In this document: positions 25,958 to 38,485 of the stretch, in pieces | Layout of the letters: each line of letters starts with the position of its first letter | How positions within the stretch are numbered: position 1 is the first letter of the stretch | Source: Eledone cirrhosa | Taxonomy: Eukaryota | NCBI GenBank assembly: GCA_964016885.1 | Contig: OZ024741.1 | Span: 360,778,001 to 360,842,000 of the forward strand | DNA length: 64,000 bases | Direction: 5' to 3' | Made by a program: the position numbers and the translations under genes | Notes under the pieces: model-generated | Told to the model about the DNA's origin: nothing | The model's database searches: none | What the model saw: only the letters and a program-made list of their open reading frames with translations

Positions 25958-26901
25958 TCATACATGTACATATATATATATATACTTTCATACATGTACA
26001 TAGATATATATTATACATATATACATACATATACATACATACACACACACATATATATATATATACACACACACACATATATATATATATACACACACAC
26101 TAACACACATATATATATATACACACACAGACACAAACACATATGTATATATATATATATATAGGTATATATATAAATATATATATATATACATACACAC
26201 ATACATTACATACACACACGTATATATATACACACATATACGCACACACATATACACATATACACATATACACACACACACATATATACACACACATATA
26301 CATACATACATACACACATACATACACACATATATATACATGTACGCATATACACATATACATATATATATATACACATATACATATACATATATACATA
26401 CACATGCAAATATATATAAATATATATACATACATGTACACATACATACACATGCATATACATGTACATATATATAAATATATATATATATACATACATG
26501 TACACATATACATACATACACATGCATATACATACATACAATCATATATATATATACATACACATATATACATACATACATACATATATATATATATATA
26601 AAAATAAATATATGCATATACATACATCCACACATATACATATATGTGTACGTATGTACATATATCTATATACATACATACACACACACACACATATGTG
26701 TACGTATGTACATATATCTATATACATACACACACACACACATATATGTGTACGTATGTACATATATCTATATACATACACACACACACACATATATGTG
26801 TACGTATGTACATATATCTATATACATACACACACACACATATGTGTACGTATGTATATATATCTATATACATACACACACACACGTGTACGTATGTACA
26901 T

Positions 26902-26938
<37 letters not shown>
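25760..26938. repeat. Compound (TA)n/(CA)n/(TACA)n microsatellite field with an emerging unit of about 45-55 bp at 26640-26900
   Basis: Direct inspection; tatgtgtacgtatgtacatatatctatatacata(ca)n repeated about 5-6 times. Confidence 0.9.
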
Positions 26939-26939
26939 G

Positions 26940-27212
26940 AGGGTCATTCCATGTCAAATCACCCAGAGGGTCCTAGGTCACCCCCACTTAGATCCCTCTG
27001 AAAAAATTCACACTAGAGACTTTCCAAAAAAAATGTAAAATTAATTAATATGTCAAAGGCCTACAATTTCAAAACTATCAAAGATATTGACCTAATACTT
27101 GAAATGTTTCCATCATATAGGTACAGGAGCTAGTATGAATTTTTTCAGGGGGATCTGAGGAGGTGACCTGGGAAATCTTCCTGAAACTGGGTGATTTGAT
27201 ATGGAATAATCC
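26940..27212. mobile_element. MITE with long imperfect TIRs
   Basis: AGGGTCATTCCATGTCAAATCACCCAG mirrored by CTGGGTGATTTGATATGGAATAATCCT; TA-rich flanks. Confidence 0.75.
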
Positions 27213-27221
27213 TATATATAC

Positions 27222-27276
<55 letters not shown>

Positions 27277-27359
27277 CACACACATATATATATATATATT
27301 TCGTTTCTGAATTTGTTTAGCAAGATTCTTTATCTGAAAACGTGTGTTGAAACCGATAC

Positions 27360-27663
27360 TGTTATACTTTGGGAGGGTCATGTTGCCAATAAGAAACACA
27401 CGCTCCAGTTGCTTTCACAAGATGGCGTAGGACAGAACAAAGGAGAGGCACAAAAACAAAGAAAAGAATCCCCAGTCACTGAAGAGGTCACAGAATGTGT
27501 GACGAAAGAACTTTGACAATATATAAACAACCATCTGGTTGTGGAACCAACCAACCGGAAATTTATAAATTCCTAAATTTATAAATTTATTATAATAAAT
27601 TGAAGTGAAAGCAACTGGTGCGTGTGTTTCTTATTGGCAACATGACCCTCCCAAAGTATAACA
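27360..27663. mobile_element. MITE with 59-bp near-perfect TIRs
   Basis: TGTTATACTTTGGGAGGGTCATGTTGCCAATAAGAAACAC.. at 27360-27418 mirrored at 27605-27663. Confidence 0.85.
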
Positions 27664-28084
27664 ATATATACATTACATACATACACATACAAATATATAT
27701 ATTACATACATACACATACATACATATATATACATATCTGGAACTAGCTGTAGAAATGGCAAGAGCACAGCCGCTGGGTCCCGAGATATGTATCTAATAT
27801 ATATATATATATATATTTATTTATACATACATACATACATACATACATACATACATACATACATACATACATACATACACACAAATTTTTCTAGGATTTC
27901 AAAATGGTAGGGTTTCCTGATTGTAAAGAACAATCATTTAATACAGCAGTTAGTGTCTGAAATAAAGTCAGTGATCCTGCTACTATTGAAAGGCACAATA
28001 ATTTATCAACAAAACAAATTACTTAAGTTCAGATGTCTTCATTTGTTCCACCAACACTGATGGTTAACATGAGATTAGCAAGTA

Positions 28085-29120
28085 CATAGTAGACTGCCAG
28101 TGCTAGAGTTATGCCACTTGGCCAGCACTAGAATAGTGCCACTTCGCCCAGAAGATAGGGTATTTCCAATGTTGCTATAATGGTACTTTGCCCTGTACAT
28201 AAAGTATTGGCAATGCAGGTGTAATGGCACTTTGCCCCGTACATAGGGTATTGGCAATGTTGCCATAATGGTACTTTGTCCTGTACATAGTGTATTGCCA
28301 ACACTAGGGCAATAGCAATTTATCCAGTACTAGTGTAATAGTACTTAGCCCACAACATAGGGGATTACCAATGCTAGTATAATGGTACTTTGCTCAGAAT
28401 ATAGTAGATTGCCAGCACTAATGTAATAGTACTTCTTCAACTTGTACATTGGTAATTATCAATATTGGTGCAATGATATAACAACTAGTACAAAATAAAA
28501 GAAAGATGCTGTTCTGATACCATACTGATCTGATATAGTAGATTGGTGACATTATTCTCTCAACATTGATCAGTATATATACAAGGTAACCAATGTTAAT
28601 AGCTCACTATACTAACTAGTATGTACCAGATAATAGTCAATGTTAGTAACTCACTATGCTTGACCAGTACATACAAGATAACCATACTCAATAGTTAATG
28701 TAATCACATGACTAGCCAGTATATTGGCAAATAGCCAATGTTAGTAACTCACTAAGCTTGACAAGTACATACCAGAGTGAGTCCATACTTAACTTTACAA
28801 TCACAATACTGGTCAGTATATACAAGATAGTTAATACTGTTAACTCACTATGCTTCACCAGTATATACGAGATAACCAATGTTAGTAACTTATTATACTA
28901 ACCAATATATACTAAATAGCCAATACTAGTAACTTAATCTGTTGACCAGTATATAGCAGATAGCCCAGAATGTTGTAACACAATGGCTACTAAATCCATA
29001 CTCAATATCTAATGTTAAAGTCACAATATTGACCAGTGTATATATCAAATTGCCAATACTAGTAACTCAATATATTGACCAGTATATATCAGGTACACTA
29101 AATAACCAATACTAGTTGTT
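28085..29120. repeat. Old degenerate tandem array, units of roughly 40-50 bp
   Basis: Recurring ccaat(g/a)(t/c)tagtaactcactat..tgaccagtatata; earlier variant aatggtactttgccc.gtacatag.gtattg. Confidence 0.75.
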
Positions 29121-29156
29121 AGTTAGCTCCATATCAGCCATAAACATGCAACTGCA

Positions 29157-29196
<40 letters not shown>

Positions 29197-29956
29197 AAGG
29201 CATTCATTCCAGTTGTGACCATCCAGTCTGTTCTAAGATAGGTTGGTTGCAGGAAATTTAGTTGCTATTTCTAACATGTTAACTGACCTCAGAGGCTATT
29301 TTGTTGGCTCAACCAATACTAGTAATTTTGCTGACAATTCCAACTATGTGGACGTAGCATAGCCAAATGGTTAAGAAGTTTGTTTTGCATGCTGGACAAG
29401 TGTGATTTACCATAGCCTTGGGTTGACCCAAGCCTTGTGAGTGAAATTGGGTAGACAGAAAATGTTAGAGAACCCATCAAATGGACTGTAACAGTAATTC
29501 AAAGGGCCAGCATATGTCACACTGAATCTCCTCGAGAATTACATTAAGGGTACGCATGTTGGTGGAATACTCAGTCACTTGCACATTGATTCTCATGGAC
29601 AGGCAGTTCCATTAATTGAACAGATGGAACACTCATTGTCAAAACCAATGGCTATCACGGAAGTCAAAATACTGACCTGTAAGTATATTATAAAGAAAAA
29701 GCTAATTCCATCTTATAACTCAAGTGAGAGAACCATACCAAGAAATAAACATCTTATAACAGTCCAGTAACTGTATATTATAATGTAATACTATCACAGT
29801 TATTCAGCGTAGTGTTTATCACATTAACACCAGTATAACAAGCAGTTCATACTGAGATCTAACCCACCTACATGCTGAATTGTCTTTTTTTTCACTCTTT
29901 ATATTTTTCAACAAGGCACCACAATATGTGTGTGTGTTTGTTTGTTTGTTTGTTAA

Positions 29957-30177
29957 CCCTTTAGCATTTAAACTGGCTGTATCTGACGAGAATTCTCTCG
30001 CTTCTTTCTGTTCAAACCAGCTGAAACCAGCCGCTCATACTGACGTTAAGGTATTGTTATCAAAATAAATAATATCAAAATCTCATAAATTCGATATTAT
30101 GTGGGATAATTATGTGAGATAAAGATTTTACCGTGAAAATACAATAGTAAATATAGTGTAATGTAAATGCTAAAGGG
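29957..30177. mobile_element. piggyBac-like MITE (same family as 24386)
   Basis: TTAA|CCCTTTAGCATTTA ... TAAATGCTAAAGGG|TTAA. Confidence 0.9.
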
Positions 30178-30497
30178 TTAAACATTTCTCTCTCTTTGAA
30201 AAAGTGAAAGAAGAGAAAACATTTCTTCAATCTCTGAATGTGTGAAAGCTCTGTTGGGTGGATTGTAATTGAAAGGTGCAACCTTGTAACATATTGAGCC
30301 AGGCTGAATGTGTTTGTGGAATACTCAGCCACTTACATGTTAATTCATGAGTTAGACATTCAGTTGATCAAACAACAGTATGTTCATCACAAAAACTAAC
30401 GGATGATCCATCATATATATAAAATACATACACACACACACATTATATATATATATACATACACACACACATTATATATATATACATATATATACAT

Positions 30498-30529
<32 letters not shown>

Positions 30530-30531
30530 GT

Positions 30532-30566
<35 letters not shown>

Positions 30567-30927
30567 CATACATATACACATGTATATATATACACATATA
30601 CATACATATGTGTGTGTGAAAGAGTGGTTTTTACTGACTTATGAGATTTCGCTGGTTGTATCACATTAACCAACTTAAATCACTACAGATGCTACTCCTT
30701 AAAATATTAAGGTCTTATCTTGGTATTTATAATGGTCACACATATATACACACACAAAAATAACAAGGACCATTGCAAACCCCATGAAAAAATTAATAGA
30801 CTGTGTCTAAATAAGAAGGTGGGGCAAAGAGTTTGTTAGGTTCACTTTGTTTTGTTTTGTTTATATCAAATAAATATGAATGGGGGTTGTAGAATGTACA
30901 ACCATTAAATGTTAATTAAGAGAAGTG

Positions 30928-31135
30928 TGAAGGCACATGGCCAAGTGGTTTGGGTATCGAACTCACAATCAAAAAGTTGAGAGCTCAATTCCTGAACCAG
31001 GTGGTGCATTGTGTCCTTGAGCAAGAGGTTTCATTGCACATTGCTCCAGATCACTCAGCTGAAAAATAAAAATGTGTGCCAGTAGCAGCTGGAGGGTTAA
31101 CCCCAGCAACCAACTAGCGTCAAGTCAGAGGGGGA
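30928..31135 (+). mobile_element. tRNA-derived SINE, second family (relatives on minus at about 34765-34830, 35880-36030 and 50770-50880)
   Basis: A-box TGGCCAAGTGG, B-box-like GCTCAATTCC, followed by gtgtccttgagcaag. Confidence 0.65.
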
Positions 31136-31370
31136 GGGAGTCTTCTATGATAGGGCTAAGGCCCTTTTCATTAAAACACCCAAAGAACCTCCTGTGAGAT
31201 GCAACCTCACAGAAGGCCAGTTAAACCTATATAGGTGTGAGCTATTACAACAACAACAACAAGAGAAGTGTAGCATTATTATTGCGGTAGGTCAGGGTAA
31301 GTAGGTATTGAATACTAATCACAAATGTGTTACTGTTTCAACAAGGTTCTTTGGCTCAGCTTGTTTTCAT

Positions 31371-31565
31371 TCAAATGTTAGTTTCTCGCTTCTGTAAAAG
31401 AGCCCGTTCTATATTTTCCTTCTCAATTTTCCGTTTCTCCACTTCACGGAGTAAATTAGTCCGATGGTTTTCATACTGCATGACAATGTTCTGCAGTTCC
31501 TGTTTGTAAAGACGTGTGAGAAGAGCATCAAAGTGCTCTAGTTCCCCCAAACGGAACAATGGCCA
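31371..31565 (-). CDS. SAV1: Salvador/SAV1 last coding exon, SARAH domain and stop codon
   Basis: tctttcag|TGG; WPLFRLGELEHFDALLTRLYKQELQNIVMQYENHRTNLLREVEKRK matches the Salvador SARAH coil. Confidence 0.95.
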   Translation of the reverse strand, partial: WPLFRLGELEHFDALLTRLYKQELQNIVMQYENHRTNLLREVEKRKIEKENIERALLQKRETNI

Positions 31566-32013
31566 CTGAAAGACAAGATATATACATATATATATATTAG
31601 GTATAAATCAAAGTTGTAGCTGCCTAAAAGTAGGTACTATTCAAGCTGTTTGAGGCAATCACAAAACACTTAATGGAGCGAGACATTAAACATTACTGTA
31701 AACACAACAGTTAAAAAGTGTGACACCAAAAAAAAAAAACGACCGAAAGAATAGATATTTGAAATTCATAGGCCTCAATGGCATATTTTTATCCATAAGA
31801 TGTGATATTTTTCTTTTCATGGCCTACATGTATAATATATGTAGAGAGATGAAAACATTTTCAGTATCTATATCTATACAATATTTTGAACAGTTTAATC
31901 TCTGATTATTACTAGTGTCTTCTTGTTGGATATATGCATAATATCAGATTGTATTCAAACTAAGAATCATTATTTTTTAACTAAGTGGGTGATAATTTTC
32001 TTATTTACTAGAC

Positions 32014-32567
32014 CAGAGGTTCCCAAACTGAGTTGTGTCACTGATAATCTCTAGGTGTGTCATAAAATTAAGTTAAATATTGTTGTGAGTAAAAAGTTTA
32101 GAATAGATCCACCATATACCTGCATCTCGTAAGTGGTGACTAAAAGGGTTGGCACCAGGAAGGGCAACTAACTGTAAAACACTGCTACAAAAAGGACCCC
32201 ATGATGAGTATGTGTCTGTGTGTCTCAAATATATTTGAGATCTTATATTCCTACATTGGTGATATATGATGTTTAATTGTTTATTTATTTTCCAGTATTG
32301 ATTTAGCAGAAAATATCAAAAACACAGGTTTGTAATTTAAAAGTTTACTACATCTTTACTAGAGAACAGCTCTTTGCAGTAAACTATAGTAAAGATTTTA
32401 ATTTTTAATGTGATGCAGTCATAGTGTTGTTTTGAACTTTTCAAGAATGTTTTGCTAATGTAGTTTCAAGAGGTACAAGACATTAACAGTTAATTCTTTG
32501 TCACTAGCAAAACTTAAAATTATTTTTAAAAAGTGTATTGCCAATTTGAAATGTTTGGAAAGCTCTG
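32014..32567. mobile_element. hAT-type MITE
   Basis: CAGAGGTTCCCAAAC ... GTTTGGAAAGCTCTG termini; 8-bp TSD TACTAGAC/TACTATAC. Confidence 0.7.
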
Positions 32568-32989
32568 TACTATACCACCAACACATGTACAGTTGTCTAG
32601 TAGATATAACATATGTCTTAGTTTAGAAATAAAGGTTTCTAGCTTGAATTTTGTTTGAGATTATGTACATATACTCGAATACATCATCATCACCGTTTTA
32701 TATCCATTTTTCCATGCTAGCATGGATTAGACGAGTTGTCCTGTTGTGGGCAATGCTAGGTCAGATGACCATGTCTCGCTCATACAGAACTGATTTTGGC
32801 TTGGTTTCTACAGCTGGATGCTCTTAACGCTAACCTAGATGTATATTTTTTTTTTAAATCATCTATAAAGTTGAGAATAGTAGTTTGAAAACCCTTATGA
32901 GGCATTCAGAGTTATGTACCTTGTCAAATATCTCTACACAATGGATGTAATAGGCTTTTTTTTTTACTTGGTAAGTCTGTAGAAAAGAC

Positions 32990-33345
32990 TGCCCATAGCC
33001 TTCACAGGACCCCTATTACTGAAGGGACTGATGCTGTTGATGTTCTGTTTAAATTGTTGCAGTTCCATTTGTTTGAGGAAGACATGACCAGGAAGGAAGT
33101 TTCAGGGAGCCAATGTTTTGGACAAAAGGGACTAAACATAGTGAATGGCACGGGGCATGGGTGATGAATGCAGGTAGCATAAATTCAGCAAATGTCAAGG
33201 AACAGAGACCATTATAGTAACAGTAAAAGAGGTAGAGGGAGGAGACTGCAAGTCTGTGGGCCAGAAGATGGAAAGTGTCAGAGAGTGACTTTAAACCAAT
33301 CAGCTGAGTGGCTTCTGTAAACCAACAACTTAATTTTACAACCAT
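32990..33345 (-). mobile_element. LINE 3' remnant (CR1/Jockey group)
   Basis: LAHRLAVSSLYLFYCYYNGLCS resembles the post-RT 'L.HRR.V.SL.LFY.YY' motif. Confidence 0.55.
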
Positions 33346-33384
33346 TACACACTCATAATTACATAACTATACATAATTAATTAC

Positions 33385-33446
33385 CTTTAACTTATGATCA
33401 TGGTCCTGATTGGCTTTGCAGTATATATACATCCATTCTGGAATTT
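33385..33446 (-). CDS. SAV1: Salvador/SAV1 62-nt exon (absent from the ORF track)
   Basis: ctttgtag|AA ATT CCA GAA TGG..., giving EIPEWMYIYCKANQDHDHKLK|gtaatt, compare SAV1 EIPDWLQVYARAPVKYDHILK; phases fit both neighbours. Confidence 0.93.
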
Positions 33447-34338
33447 CTACAAAGAGAATTATTGGAAAACCTTTAAATATACTCATATCGAAATGTATTT
33501 ATTCTCACAGTAAAATTAGGCCCTCTAAGGGATCTTCAACAGCTTGGGATGAGGATCAAATTAGCTAGTTCCACTGCTACTTGAAGTTTTTAATAGTAAC
33601 CCATGTAGAGGTATGTATGTATGTACAGACCTCTAACTCCTAGTAGAATCATAGAGGAATTGTGATGCTATATGGCATTTCCTGGGTATTTTAAAGCTGA
33701 CAAGAGTCCATCCCTCTCCAATTTGGTCAGCCAATTTCTTCCAGAGAGTGATAGAAAAGAAGCGCAAAAGAGATATAGAGGAAGAATAGATTCCAATACT
33801 GAGTGGTATTTTTTTTATCAACCTCAAAAAGATGAAAGGCAAAGTTGACCTAGGGCAGAATCTGAATTCAGAACACAGAGAGCTGGAACAAATGCCAAAC
33901 ATTCTAATGACTGTCAATTCACCACTCCACTGTCATTGAGTATAAAATGTTTTTTTTTTAAATTCAATTTATTTTTAATGGCTTAGAGGAAGAAGGAGAC
34001 TCTGGAAATAGTCATGGATATTGCCCAAGACAAGTGGAAGAAAGTCATTTTCAAACTGGAGACATGGCTCAACAGAGTGGGCTCCACTAAAGGCACACAA
34101 GTGCTAGGTGAGGGTGTTGTTGAACCAACATATATACACGACACACTTTCACACAGTTTCAATCGACCAAATTTCATTCACAGGGTATTGGTTAACCCAA
34201 CGCTATAGTAGAAGACACTTGCCAAATGTATCATGTTATGGGACTGAACCCAAAACCTTGTAGTTGTGAAACGACCTCCTTAACCGTGCCTGTGTATATA
34301 GATTTATAAAACATCAATTAAAGTAATTATGTTGTTAC

Positions 34339-34496
34339 CTTCATGTAAATAAGGATTAGCTGGCACCAACAAGTTTGACTGTCTATATTCTATCTGTTTC
34401 GGGATCATCAGTTCTTGTGGGGCACAGATAATGTTTTGTTGATGTGGCAGAACTGGAGCACAAGGATGATGGTACTGGGCTACTTTCAAGATATAA
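34339..34496 (-). CDS. SAV1: Salvador/SAV1 exon: end of WW2 and linker
   Basis: NYILKVAQYHHPCAP...NLLVPANPYLHE, compare SAV1 AQYRHPCAP and LVPANPY motifs; phase 2 in, phase 1 out, G|gtaac donor. Confidence 0.93.
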
Positions 34497-35622
34497 CTTC
34501 AAGGAGAAAATAAAGCAGTCATTAATTAAGAATTTAGAATTAGAATGTAATTTTTTAAAAATAAAAACAGAATTAAGGATTGGTCATAGGAAGGGTTCCA
34601 CAATAAAGTGCACATAGTATACTCTGTAGAATGCAGGAATGTATGTAAGTGGGATGTGCCTCCTATGAGGTTGAATCCCATCAGAGGCTTGGAGGAGGAG
34701 GTTAATGATAGGGACATCGGTCCTATCATGAAATGAAGTATCTTATTTAAGAACACATTATGCCATTTGGTCCAGGAATAGAAACCATGACTTTATAATC
34801 ATGAATCCAACACCCTAACCACTAGGCTATGCATGATGAAATCTAATGTTGTTTCGACACTATTAAAAATATGTGGCATTTAAAAAACTCCACAGATAGT
34901 TTTTCTATAAGAGGTGATACAACGATTCAGGGAAATCTCGTGAGAAAATTGTTGTATTTTACTTGTACTTGTGTCTGCATTTGTTCAGAATGATATGGGC
35001 TGGCTCCAACTAGTGTTGTACATACAATGTAGATATTGTTAGCCAGTTACAGTTCTAATGGTGGATAGCATAGTAATGCACATTTTCAGTTATCCACCTC
35101 ACCATTTACATCAGCTCAAGAAAGACTCTGATGCAGCATCATCACAAATGTGTTCACCTTATGAACAGCAGAATATGTGACTAAACCAATGGAGGCACCT
35201 TTTGTGTAGGAGTTGTTGAATTAAATCAATCCAGCAGTGACAACAAATTTCAAATGTTGACAGAAAATCCAATATGCAAACATGGCAGGTTTGATAAAAG
35301 CTAAAATGGTCAAATACTTCCAGCTTGCATAAGTCCACTGTTCTCAGAGACTATGTCTTGTAGCCAAACAGAAGGATGGATGGAACAAGTCCTTGACAGG
35401 GGAAGGTATGAGTTTGCACATTACTTCAGTAAGTTTGTTGCAGTGAAGGGTGTGTGTTTTGATTTATTGAGAGAGTAATAGAAGAGAAATTTTTTCAGTC
35501 ACATATATTTGTAGCAAAACATAAAAAACATTATAAGATTCCATTTAGAGGATCATCTTCTAACATATTTTAACATACTACAAAGAAGAAAATAAAGAAA
35601 AGTCTACAGAGTAGAAACTTAC

Positions 35623-35821
35623 TTGACATAAAATACGCCATATTCTTTTGATTCAATCCTCTCCCATCCCATTGGTAAATTATCTTTCTCAAAAGGATGA
35701 CTCCAATGTGTAGTTTGCGTATTGTGATCAATGTAGTATTTCCGACCTCGTACAGTCCAGTCTAAAGACCAGCCTGGTGGCAAAGGTAACTCTTCCTGTC
35801 CTATGTAGCTATTTGAATAAC
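35623..35821 (-). CDS. SAV1: Salvador/SAV1 exon: WW domain 1 and start of WW domain 2
   Basis: [56 protein letters not shown] matches the Salvador tandem WW signature; ttttcag|GT acceptor, AA|gtaagt donor. Confidence 0.96.
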
Positions 35822-38030
35822 CTGAAAAGACAAAACATGTCAAAATATAGATAAAGCTATCTTTTTATGTTTGCATGAGTAGGACAAAGCTCAGGGTTTA
35901 TCCTGCAAGTGACACCAGTCTCTTGCAGGGTTAACCCTCAGCTGCCACTGGTACTCATTTTCAACTGAGTGAACTGGAGTGACATTGAATGAAGTCACTC
36001 AGTCTGGGAATTGATATCATGAGCCGAAAACTCTACAAGTACAGTCCATCTGATGGGCTTCCAAACAGTTTCCATCAACCCAATTACTGTGAAATTAGAC
36101 CCCGAGGTTTAACCCTTTCATTTCCATATTTCTGGGGATTTTAAACACTGACTATAAGTTTCAAATAATTGTGAAAAATAATTAAGAATTATTAAACTAT
36201 TGTTTGGTGCATAACTTAACAAAGCTTCTTAGATAAAATTATGATGGAACGTTTTTTAGATAGATTAAATATAAAATACTTTAAAACAAACAGTTGAATA
36301 TTGTAGAACCATGGGCGGTTTCAAGCGGTTTAATATTAAAAGACTTAATTGTAGTGTGTTTATTAGTGACTTAATCGAGTAAGTTGTATAATACCAGCAT
36401 GTTGTTGTTGTCAGTTTTATGTTTTTTGAAAAGGTAGGTTGTGATTTGAAAAAAATTTAGTTGCTATTACTAGCGGCTCAAATACCATGTATTGGCTCCT
36501 TTGAGGTTTCGACTATAAGATGCACACAGCGCCTTGGTTTCCTAAGAGTAACAAGCTTCGATGTAGCTTAACATCCGTGATCAGGCGAAAACCGATGATT
36601 ATGGATGTAAATGAATTCCAGTTGTATCTAATAACGTTAAAGAGTTGTTCCTCTTGGCTAGATTCATAAAAGTAAAAGAATGTAATATGGTGAATTCAAT
36701 AACTTTTGCTATATTCACTATATTGGAAAATATCAAAGCAATTAGTAGCCAAAAACTCCCACTATGCAAAACTAAAAGTCGAGAATATTATACACACACA
36801 CACATAATTAGAGAGATTGTAGTGATGCAATTTGACTTCAGGAAGGTACATACAGCAGTGACTTGTATACTAAATACATATATGGAAGGGTTTCACATAT
36901 GTAATATTCATAAAAAGCTGTTTGCTTTGAAGTGTTATTATTTAACTAAATACTTTTCATCTTAAATTTCTATAAGGAAAATTTCTGTTGACCCATATAA
37001 CTAAGTAGTGGAGAATTCTATCATATCCCCTGGACAAAGAATGTAATTTTTAATAATTTTTCAGAGTTGTACTTGTTTGTCAAGTAACTTAACTCGAGAC
37101 ATATATCATTGGGGTAGGAATAGTATAGGTTGCTGCTATCTACAACATTCAACCGAGATGATTGTTGTTGTTGTATTGCCTATAACTAGCCTAATCTTCA
37201 AGAGTAATAAAATGTTTATTGATTCTTTTCTCATATAGGTTGTATTAAACACTACTAAATTAGTTGCTTTGTAATTTCATATTCAATTAATTTGTTTGGG
37301 GGGTGAATAGAAATTAAATTTTGTTACAATGACTCTAGTTTGAGAAAAGGAGAGAACAGTTCATCCAAGCTGCTTTATTACATTACTTTAAAGTTCTTTA
37401 TAACAGGCAAGTTCTTCAGAGACACAATACAATACAAAGCTGTGTTTAAAGTTTCACCTCATGTCTGCAGTCAGTAAATCAACACATTAACCCTTTAGTT
37501 GCCATATTTCTAATGAAGAACAGTCTATCATTTTCAAATTATTTAGAAAATAATCAATAATTACAAGGTATTTAATGATGTATCTAATGTAACAATAAGC
37601 TGGTGTTTGGAACAAAGCAAAGATTCTTACATAAAATTGTGATGGAAGGTTTTTTTTTAGATAAATATAAACTTCTTAACCTTTTTGATACTAAATTGAC
37701 TATAACCAGTTTTAGTTGTATGAAACAAAACCAACCATTTTAAAGGGTTCCTATTTGAATTAAAATCTTTAAAAAATTTTTTTATATAAGAACCATATGT
37801 TAAGTTACTATCTTAATAATGAAAATTAATAATTTTAATAAATCCCTCTAAGTTTTTCATTAATTAATTGAAATAGAGTGTTTTTCAATGGAAATATGGT
37901 CACAAAAAGGTTTAAAAAAACAACAACTTGATATTCTAGAACCAGGAGCAGTTTCTGGTGGCATATTATCAAAAGGGTTAAACACCATAACCATAGTGTA
38001 TTGTAATCAAAGGAAATAAAACAAACTAAC

Positions 38031-38366
38031 CGGTAGAAGAGGAAGATGGAGTAGTACTGTTACTAACATGTACTAGCTCCTGAGTTGCTCCAGGAACTGG
38101 TATCACTGTCTGTTGGTGTGTGCCAATATTACCAACAGTTGCTGCATGGTTTTGCTGTGCATAGTGGTTGCGGATTTCTTGGTGGTATTGTTGAATCTGG
38201 TAGTTCTCATCACATTGGTTGTAATACTCAGTAGTGTAACCAGTTGCAGCATTGTAAGCTTTAGTAGCACTATATACATTTGTGGTAGTATTGTAACTGG
38301 TCACTGTCGTACCAACTGGCTGTAGTTGTGAGGCACCTGGTGTTTCATCATTCTTCAGTGTAACTT
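38031..38366 (-). CDS. SAV1: Salvador/SAV1 internal coding exon
   Basis: Acceptor tcttgcag|AA, donor ACCG|gttagt; 336 nt, phase 1-1, open frame EVTLKNDETPG...PSSSST. Confidence 0.85.
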
Positions 38367-38485
38367 CTGCAAGACAATGTTAAATTATGGAAAGTCTATG
38401 AAGCATGTAGTAAAATTGAAATTTCGGAGTTATATTTTTCTATCAAGTAAAGTACCATGATGTATAAATCATCACTATAAAGCTA

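Noticed and set aside
25729-27001. Numerous ORFs rich in Y/I/C/V/M/H/T
   Set aside because: Translations of (TA)n/(CA)n microsatellites; the same applies to ORFs near 758, 4070, 4741, 30403 and 57796.
30928-31010. tRNA gene
   Set aside because: Only A/B-box-like remnants, no complete cloverleaf, and it continues into a SINE body.
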